A program made the position numbers and the translations under genes. A stretch of 64,000 bases of DNA from Candidatus Hydrogenedentota bacterium (lineage in GTDB: Bacteria > Hydrogenedentota > Hydrogenedentia > Hydrogenedentales > SLHB01): the NCBI GenBank assembly GCA_963668025.2, contig CAXXTH010000017.1, forward strand, positions 1,376,001-1,440,000, in the 5' to 3' direction. How positions within the stretch are numbered: the first letter of the stretch is position 1; each line of letters starts with the position of its first letter. Positions 57,493 to 64,000 of this stretch are shown here, piece by piece. The notes below the pieces were generated by a model. It had not been told where the DNA came from and made no database searches. It was given only the letters and a program-made list of their open reading frames with translations.

Positions 57493-58542
57493 TTAGCGCG
57501 CTAACGCCGTTAGGAACCGGCTTAGCATGCTCGCGGTATATTCGACCAGCGCCGACAGGCGCGAATAGGGCATCCGGCGCGGACCTAATACGCCCAGCAT
57601 GCCCACCGGTTTCTCGTTTACATAATAGGGCGAAGCGACTACGCTGATCTCGCCCAAGCCTGAATCGGGCGAATCCGCCCCAATCACGACAAGCTGCCGG
57701 GGCGTGTCTCCGGAGAGGCCCTCCCGCAGCAACTGTATCAACCGTTGTTGCTCATCGAGCAGATGGAAGACTTCCCGCGCCTTCCCGACATCCTGGAATT
57801 CTGGCTGCTCGAATAGCTGTGTCGCGCCATTGAGGAATAACTGCCCCGTCCGTTGTAGCGGGAAGGGCTCCAAAACCTCAAGCGCCGTTCGCATGATATG
57901 TTTTTGCTGGTCAATGCGTCCGGAGAAACGCTGCTGCGCCTCCGCCCGAATGCTATCCACCGGCACATTGCATAATTGTTCATTAAGGAGCCGCCGCAGT
58001 TCCGGCAATCTGGCTTCCTCAATAGGCTCCGAAAGCGTCGTCACGAGTGTCTTCACCCGCCCGTAGCTATCCGCGACGAGCACGGCGATGCGTTCCGTGG
58101 ACAGGCGCATCAGCTCGATGTTGCGCACCAGCGCCCCGTTTTCCCGGGGCGCTTCCACTAGCCCTGCATGATGCGACACCAGTGCAAGCAACTGGCTTGT
58201 TTGGCGCATCACTTCGTCGGTATCGTTAAGGCGGTGCGAAAGCTCCGTCTCGATGCGCACCCGCTCCGAAGCGCTCAATTCCTGCACCCGCATCAAATAC
58301 GTGACGTAATACCGGTATCCTTTGTTCGTAGGGACGCGCCCGGAGCTCGTATGAAGCTGTTCAATAAAGCCCAGCTCTTCGAGATCCGCCATGACATTAC
58401 GCACGGACGCCGGACTCAAATCAAGGCCAAAACGTTTTACAATGGAACGGGAACCCACAGGTTCAGCCGTGGTGATGTAGGTATGCACCACCGCCTGAAG
58501 GATCAGTTGCTCCCGCTCATTCAACTCCCGTTCTGTTCGCAT
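57493..58542 (-). CDS. hrcA: Heat-inducible transcription repressor HrcA
   Basis: EPVGS, S.A.VRN.MA.LE, HTSSGR.PT..GYR.YV, G.LGP.RM.Y. Confidence 0.97.
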   Translation of the reverse strand: MRTERELNEREQLILQAVVHTYITTAEPVGSRSIVKRFGLDLSPASVRNVMADLEELGFIEQLHTSSGRVPTNKGYRYYVTYLMRVQELSASERVRIETELSHRLNDTDEVMRQTSQLLALVSHHAGLVEAPRENGALVRNIELMRLSTERIAVLVADSYGRVKTLVTTLSEPIEEARLPELRRLLNEQLCNVPVDSIRAEAQQRFSGRIDQQKHIMRTALEVLEPFPLQRTGQLFLNGATQLFEQPEFQDVGKAREVFHLLDEQQRLIQLLREGLSGDTPRQLVVIGADSPDSGLGEISVVASPYYVNEKPVGMLGVLGPRRMPYSRLSALVEYTASMLSRFLTALAR

Positions 58543-58555
58543 GATTATAAATCCC

Positions 58556-58582
58556 TTAGCACTCGATAATAAAGAGTGCTAA
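58556..58582. promoter_or_regulatory. CIRCE operator
   Basis: Perfect TTAGCACTC-N9-GAGTGCTAA upstream of hrcA. Confidence 0.98.
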
Positions 58583-58593
58583 CAAGCCACCGG

Positions 58594-58622
58594 AGTGTAC
58601 CATACCCCATTTCACCTGTCAA
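58594..58622 (-). promoter_or_regulatory. Sigma70 promoter of the hrcA operon
   Basis: TTGACA-N17-TACACT with an extended TG, just upstream of CIRCE. Confidence 0.85.
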
Positions 58623-58721
58623 GGCCCCCGCGCATAGGCCCATATGGATTCTATTTCATTTAACTCGATTTATTTCAATTACTTAGAATATATAGCCCGC
58701 AGCGTATTCCGCATGGATTTC

Positions 58722-58750
58722 TTGACACGCATCGCCAGAGTTGATAGCAT
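58722..58750 (+). promoter_or_regulatory. Sigma70 promoter of the GT4 operon
   Basis: TTGACA-N17-TAGCAT; the ATG follows 6 nt after the -10. Confidence 0.65.
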
Positions 58751-58756
58751 GGCTTC

Positions 58757-59890
58757 ATGCGAATCGGTTTCGATATTAGTCCTATCACGGCATCGCGCAC
58801 CGGCGTGGGCAATTACTGTTATTACACGCTGAAGCATCTGCTGGAGCTGGCCCCAGAGGACGCCTTTTATGGATTCTCGTCGGGTTTGCGCCGAATTGTG
58901 CTGGATGAAATGGAGCACCGGCTTGCAAGCCATCACCATGTACAATTGCCTACCCGCGTGATGTATGCCATATGGTCGCTGCTATCGGCCCCCAAAGTGG
59001 ATCGCCTATTAGGGGGAGTCGATGTATATCACGCCACGAATTATTTCCTTCCGCCTGCGCAGGCGGCCCGTACGGTCGTATCGATTTACGACCTGGCTTT
59101 TCTCGTGAATCCGGCTTGGTGCAGCCCGAAAATTGTGGGGCCTTATTCGGCGGGCATGCGGCGCTTTGCCGCCAAGGCCGATGGAATCGTGGTGTGCTCG
59201 GAAGCGACGAAGCGGGATGTCGTGCATCTATTGGGGGTGGAGCCGGAAAAGATCGCCGTCATGTATGGCGGTGTGGATGAACGGTTTGCACCTGTTCCCC
59301 GGGAGCAAGCGGTTCCCCTTCTGGAACAGCGCTATGGCGTGCGGCCTCCTTTTCTTTTATTCGTCAGCACGCTTGAACCGCGAAAAAACGTGACGGGCCT
59401 CCTTCATGGTTTTTCCCGCATCGTGAAAGATATCCCGCATCAGCTTGTGCTTCTGGGCTCGGTGGGCTGGCGCGCGGAGCCTATTTTCCAGGCGATAGAT
59501 GAACTCGGTTTGGCAAACCGTGTGGTCCGCCCCGGTTTCGTGCCGCATGAAGAATTGCCGCTGTTTTATGGCGCGGCGGACGCTTTCGTGTTTCCGAGCC
59601 ACTATGAAGGATTCGGCCTGCCTGTTCTCGAAGCGATGACCTGCGCCTGCCCGGTGATCACCTCCACCACTTCCTCCCTGCCCGAAGTGATCGGCTCCGC
59701 GGGGCTTATGGTGGAGCCTTCCGACCCCGATGCGCTTGCGGAGGCTATCCTCGAAATCACGGGAGATAAGGCATTGCGGCAGGAACTGGGACGGCGCGGC
59801 GTAGAGCAAGCCAAACGGTTTTCTTGGAGCCGGTGTGCGCAAGTCGTGCTCGATATGTACCGCAGGCTGGCGGCATGCTCGTCCTCGTAG
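58757..59890 (+). CDS. Glycosyltransferase family 4
   Basis: TGVG.Y, TLEPRKN, F.FPS.YEGFGLP.LEAM, SLPEV. Confidence 0.95.
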   Translation: MRIGFDISPITASRTGVGNYCYYTLKHLLELAPEDAFYGFSSGLRRIVLDEMEHRLASHHHVQLPTRVMYAIWSLLSAPKVDRLLGGVDVYHATNYFLPPAQAARTVVSIYDLAFLVNPAWCSPKIVGPYSAGMRRFAAKADGIVVCSEATKRDVVHLLGVEPEKIAVMYGGVDERFAPVPREQAVPLLEQRYGVRPPFLLFVSTLEPRKNVTGLLHGFSRIVKDIPHQLVLLGSVGWRAEPIFQAIDELGLANRVVRPGFVPHEELPLFYGAADAFVFPSHYEGFGLPVLEAMTCACPVITSTTSSLPEVIGSAGLMVEPSDPDALAEAILEITGDKALRQELGRRGVEQAKRFSWSRCAQVVLDMYRRLAACSSS

Positions 59891-60999
59891 ATGGGCTTCA
59901 AGCGGGCAACCGCAGCGGAACGGGAACCTATACGGCCGCCTTGGCCCGATGGCTACCGGAAGTGGCGCACGAGCTGGAAATTCGGATTTTATGGCCTGCT
60001 CAAGCGGCTGCGCCGCCTGGCTGCGAGGAAGCCGTTTTTCTGCGCTGCGCCTTGCCTCGATTTGCGGGACGCGTGATGGCGAGCCAGTTTGGCGTGCAAC
60101 GGATGGCGAAGAAGCTGGGGGCCAGCTTAATTCACTATCCAGCTACAATCGGGGGGCTGCTGCCTCGACAGACTCCATCCATCATAACCGTGCATGATCT
60201 CAGTTTTTACCATCATCCGGAGTGGTTCCGCTTCGAACGCGCCTGGTATTATCGGGTTGCAACGGCTTCCAGCACGCGCCATGCGGCGCGCTTGATTGCC
60301 GATTCGGAAGCCACCGCCCAGGATATCGAACGTTTTCTGGGAATTTCCAGAGAGCGGATAGATGTCATTCATTTGGCCCCACATGAAGAAATGGGCCGTC
60401 CGATGTCCACGGCGGCGGTGGAATCCGCACGAATAAAGTATCGATTACCCCAGCGTTTCTTCCTCTATCTTGGAACGCTCGAACCACGCAAGAATCTGAT
60501 TCGCCTGATTCACGCATACGCGGAGACAGCCGCAAAACATCCATTCGATTTGGTGCTTGCGGGCCGGGATGGGTGGAAACAAAAAGGCATTTATGCCGCC
60601 GCACGTGCTGTTCCATGCGCGCCCCGCATCCATTTCCCCGGTTATATAGAAAAAGAGGATGTTCCGGCATTATATGCGGCGTCGGGCGCTTTCGTGTATC
60701 CGAGCCTGTTCGAGGGATTTGGATTGCCAGTAGCGGATGCGCTGGCGGCTGGGCTGCCCGTGATCACCGCCCGTTCTTCTTCGTTGCCCGAGGTTGCCGG
60801 TAACGCCGCCTTATATGTGGAGCCGGAAGATCCCCATGGCCTTGCGGATGCGCTAGAACAGCTCGCGAATGATGAGGAACTGCGTACGGAGTTAGCCGCC
60901 CGGGGCCGGGCCTGGTCCGCCCAATTCTCGTGGCGGCATACTGCCGAGAAAACCATTCAAGCCTATCGCCAAACCATTGCCGCTCACACGATAGGATGA
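59875..60999 (+). CDS. Glycosyltransferase family 4
   Basis: SGTG.Y, T.HDL, GTLEPRKN, YPS.FEGFGLP..DA. Confidence 0.93.
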   Translation: MLVLVDGLQAGNRSGTGTYTAALARWLPEVAHELEIRILWPAQAAAPPGCEEAVFLRCALPRFAGRVMASQFGVQRMAKKLGASLIHYPATIGGLLPRQTPSIITVHDLSFYHHPEWFRFERAWYYRVATASSTRHAARLIADSEATAQDIERFLGISRERIDVIHLAPHEEMGRPMSTAAVESARIKYRLPQRFFLYLGTLEPRKNLIRLIHAYAETAAKHPFDLVLAGRDGWKQKGIYAAARAVPCAPRIHFPGYIEKEDVPALYAASGAFVYPSLFEGFGLPVADALAAGLPVITARSSSLPEVAGNAALYVEPEDPHGLADALEQLANDEELRTELAARGRAWSAQFSWRHTAEKTIQAYRQTIAAHTIG

Positions 61000-61031
61000 A
61001 TACTTCACAGGAAAGGCGCTACCTTCTGCAT

Positions 61032-61067
61032 AAAAGACAAACGCCCAATGGCTTAAGCCAATGGGCG
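61032..61067 (-). terminator. Terminator-like hairpin between convergent genes
   Basis: CGCCCA.TGGC/GCCA.TGGGCG stem; TTTGTCTTTT follows on the minus strand. Confidence 0.55.
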
Positions 61068-61095
61068 CCCGCTTAATACTTGTATAACGCTTGTG

Positions 61096-61497
61096 TTAGA
61101 AATTAGTCAGTACATCAACGATTTGGCATGAGCCGGACGTTGTGGATGTGGAAAGCACCCAACGCAGGTTCTGCAACAGATCCACGTTGAATTCATAAAC
61201 TTCCACACCCGTGTACCCTGCACCACATGGGGGCGTGGTGAAGACGGCGCGCAGGTCATACGTGCCTTTCGGGATGCCGGTGACGGTGTAGCAGTTTCCT
61301 GCCACAAGATCGGCGCTTAGCTGGTTGCGGCCCCATCCGGTTTCGCTATCCTGCGAGATATACACCGCCGAAAGCGATGATCCCGTAAGATTGTCCACTC
61401 GGAAAGACACTGTGCCTAGCGCTGGGCAGCCAACCATTGCGCCCACTGCCAAGCCTACCAGCACGAGTAGGGGTACTGTTTTCTTGTATCCTGCCAT
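61096..61497 (-). CDS. Hypothetical lipoprotein
   Basis: Lipobox MVGC; N.T...L..VY.S....WG.N.L and G.YDLRA; GGAGG RBS. Confidence 0.8.
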   Translation of the reverse strand: MAGYKKTVPLLVLVGLAVGAMVGCPALGTVSFRVDNLTGSSLSAVYISQDSETGWGRNQLSADLVAGNCYTVTGIPKGTYDLRAVFTTPPCGAGYTGVEVYEFNVDLLQNLRWVLSTSTTSGSCQIVDVLTNF

Positions 61498-61980
61498 GAC
61501 GTTTCCCTTCCTCCGTTAAACCTTGTAGTACTAACTCAGGTCCATTCTGCCATTATTCCCTTAGAATTGCAAGCCTGCCTTTTTAAAGACACCTTGGCCC
61601 GCGCATTCTGGGCTGTTCTTGAACGAACTATAACACATGAACAAGGAAAAGATCCACCCTTTTTTTATAAGAATTGCATGTTATTTTCTAGGAATAATGG
61701 AGTTTTTAAGCCGCATACCTAGCATATCACATATTCCCCCGGCTTCTCCATGCTAGCTTGCCCCTCTTTGATACGACACAATTCATTTTGAGAGCTCTTC
61801 TCATCATGAATTGCGGCATATGTGGAGTGCAAAAAAACCGGAAACATCCCGGACATGCCGTATGCAATCCGGCCCTATCCGCCTATATCGCACTGGCGGG
61901 GATTTTCCGCTATAATAAACGCTTCCATGCCTTGGGCCAATGCAAACTTCGAGGCGGCGCTTTCGATTGGGGCATTTCGA

Positions 61981-63141
61981 GTGACACGTATAACGAGATA
62001 TATATTGCGCGAGATATCCGTGCCCTGCGCCTTGGCGATGGTGGTGCTCGGATTCATGGGCATAGCGAACGAACTGCGCGAGCGCGCGGGCGATTTCGAT
62101 ATGGGCCATATTAATATCCTGGATTTCGCCCGCTTATCCGTCTGGTTTTTTCCAACGTTATTGCAATACTTGGTGCCCGCGATGTATATGCTCGGCGTCA
62201 TGCTGGCGTTTGGCCGCCTGGCGCAAAATAGTGAAATCACCGCCATGAAAGCCGCGGGCATTCCCCTCAAACGCCTAGTGATCCCCGTGATTTTGGGAGG
62301 CGCTCTCTTGAGCGCCATTTCCTTTGTGGCACAAGACCGCATCCAGCCCATGGCGTTGCGGAATATCAACTCCCTTATATATTCAGAATTGCCAAAGCGG
62401 GTGACGATGGATGTAATGACTCCCGGCGTCATGTATGCCTTCGGCAATTGGCGGGTGTATATCGGCGGGCGCGACCGCGCTTCAAATTCATTAAAGGATG
62501 TGGATATTTTACAGACGCAAGACAACGGCGAAGTGTGGCTGTACCACGCGAATTCGGCCCAATTCATTCGGGAAGGCGGGCGCGGGCGGCTCCATATCCC
62601 GAGCGGCTATCTCATCATGCCGGGACAGCACGGCCGTGGCTCCATCACCGATTGGAATTTGTATCCGCCCGAGCCCAAGGAACAAACGCTTCCCAGCACT
62701 CGCCGTCTTCTCACTTTCCAGCAACTCCTGCGCGAGGATCAACAAACGCAAGCCCGTATTCTGAAAGATGGAGGCCTGGATTCCATGCGCGGCCTATATA
62801 CGCCCATCTCGAAACTGGAGATCCCCGAAAACGTTTCGATCAATGATGTGGGAACGCTCTATAAAATCCGCAACGAATTGCGCGACCGCCTTGCGTTTCC
62901 CCTCGCCTGTGTCGCCGTGAGCCTCGTGGCGGCTCCGCTGGCCGTGCGGGGCGGGCGGGGCGGGCGCTCGTTCAGTTTCGCCATCGGCTTCGGCGTATGC
63001 GTGCTGTACTATTTCTTGCACCGGCTCTCGCAGCCCTGGGGGCTATGCTCGCTTGAAGAAGCAATGCTCCGTGGCGCTCTTCCTTGCCTGATTCTCGGGA
63101 TCTTTGGCCTTTGGGCGGTATGGCGGGTGGACAACGTATGA
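61981..63141 (+). CDS. lptF: LPS export permease, LptF/LptG family (LptF-like)
   Basis: RYILRE, GRL..NSE.TA.KA.GI, R.A.PL; probable GTG start at 61981. Confidence 0.85.
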   Translation: MTRITRYILREISVPCALAMVVLGFMGIANELRERAGDFDMGHINILDFARLSVWFFPTLLQYLVPAMYMLGVMLAFGRLAQNSEITAMKAAGIPLKRLVIPVILGGALLSAISFVAQDRIQPMALRNINSLIYSELPKRVTMDVMTPGVMYAFGNWRVYIGGRDRASNSLKDVDILQTQDNGEVWLYHANSAQFIREGGRGRLHIPSGYLIMPGQHGRGSITDWNLYPPEPKEQTLPSTRRLLTFQQLLREDQQTQARILKDGGLDSMRGLYTPISKLEIPENVSINDVGTLYKIRNELRDRLAFPLACVAVSLVAAPLAVRGGRGGRSFSFAIGFGVCVLYYFLHRLSQPWGLCSLEEAMLRGALPCLILGIFGLWAVWRVDNV

Positions 63142-64000
63142 TCATGACGACCATGGACCGGTATTTGTCTGTGCGCCTGCTGGCCACCCTGGCAAAGTCG
63201 CTGCTGGCGCTGGCGGTCTTTTATATACTGATTGACCTCCTCGCCCACCGGAGCGCCGCCATCGAGCGGAACGACGTTCCCTGGGCGGTGGTTATGCGGT
63301 ATTACCTTGCATCGACGCCACGGATTATCACCGACTACGCCGCACCGTTCGCCATGCTCGTGTCGGCGCTGCTCGTGCTGGGCGATACGGCGCAGAATAA
63401 TGAGAGCACCGCTGCTCTCGCTTGCGGCGTCAGCTTGCGCCGTTTCGTACGCATGCCTATTTGTTTAGCCTTGCTATTCGCCGTGGGGCTGTTCGCCACG
63501 CAAGAAACCATAGGCGTCGCCGCCGCCCGTACGGCCGTGAATATCGAACAGGACTATTTCGCCAGCGGCGGCGATCTCGAGCGCAAGCCCGTGAGCTGGG
63601 CCAGCCTCTCCGGCAAATGGACCTGCCATATCTTGAAGTTCAACCAGGCCGCCCTATCCGGCGAAGGCGTTCTGCTCTATTCCATCCAGCCGGAAATACA
63701 CATCCAAGTCGAGGCGGAACGCATCTTCTGGGACGCGCAACGCGGCGAATGGCTGCTCGAACGGGGGCACTGGCGCGAATTCGACCCTAAAACGGGCGAT
63801 TCGCTGCTTCCCTACGCCCAAACGCGCATTACCCAGCGCCCCGCTCCATTCACGGAAACGCCTGAAGAACTGTTCGCCTTGGAACAGCCACCCGAGACGC
63901 TTGCCGCAGGCGAACTAAAAACCAGCATCGCCCGCGCCGCAGCGCGCAACATGCCCATCGGCAAATATCTGATGCGATATTACACAAAATACAGCCAGCC
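63138..64000 (+). CDS. lptG: LPS export permease, LptG-like (3' end runs off the window)
   Basis: ATGA overlap with lptF; manual translation MIMTTMDRYL...NNESTAALACGVSL.R...P. Not listed in the ORF track. Confidence 0.85.
   Translation, partial: MIMTTMDRYLSVRLLATLAKSLLALAVFYILIDLLAHRSAAIERNDVPWAVVMRYYLASTPRIITDYAAPFAMLVSALLVLGDTAQNNESTAALACGVSLRRFVRMPICLALLFAVGLFATQETIGVAAARTAVNIEQDYFASGGDLERKPVSWASLSGKWTCHILKFNQAALSGEGVLLYSIQPEIHIQVEAERIFWDAQRGEWLLERGHWREFDPKTGDSLLPYAQTRITQRPAPFTETPEELFALEQPPETLAAGELKTSIARAAARNMPIGKYLMRYYTKYSQ

Overview
A GC-rich bacterial chromosomal window from a diderm organism. The gene content and many secreted glycoside hydrolases suggest a Hydrogenedentota-like lineage, but that is inference only. 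Housekeeping genes include recN, fliW-csrA, dnaE, pncC, pilT, truA, ruvB, aroA, hrcA-grpE-dnaK-dnaJ with a perfect CIRCE, and lptF/lptG. Accessory blocks are: a glycan-degradation cluster (two paralogous unknown secreted proteins and a GH106-like enzyme), a HipA-like kinase plus HIRAN pair inserted before dnaE, an arsR-arsC-arsM-acr3 operon, an AraC-linked sugar locus (UroD/MtaA-like enzyme, sugar porter, tandem GH27 alpha-galactosidases), envelope enzymes, an IS21/DUF1670 relic islet, and many REP-like palindromes. The main discovery is in the 800-bp truA-ruvB gap: three tandem minus-strand non-coding units. Each has a consensus sigma-28 promoter (TAAA/TCAA-N15-GCCGATAT) and a homologous intrinsic terminator, and two carry CsrA-type ANGGA hairpins. 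They look like flagellar-sigma-driven CsrB/RsmZ-like sRNAs in a genome whose CsrA is of the FliW-regulated type. Where the ORF track over-extends a gene, I moved the start to a better-supported codon. I recognised no tRNA, rRNA or CRISPR array.
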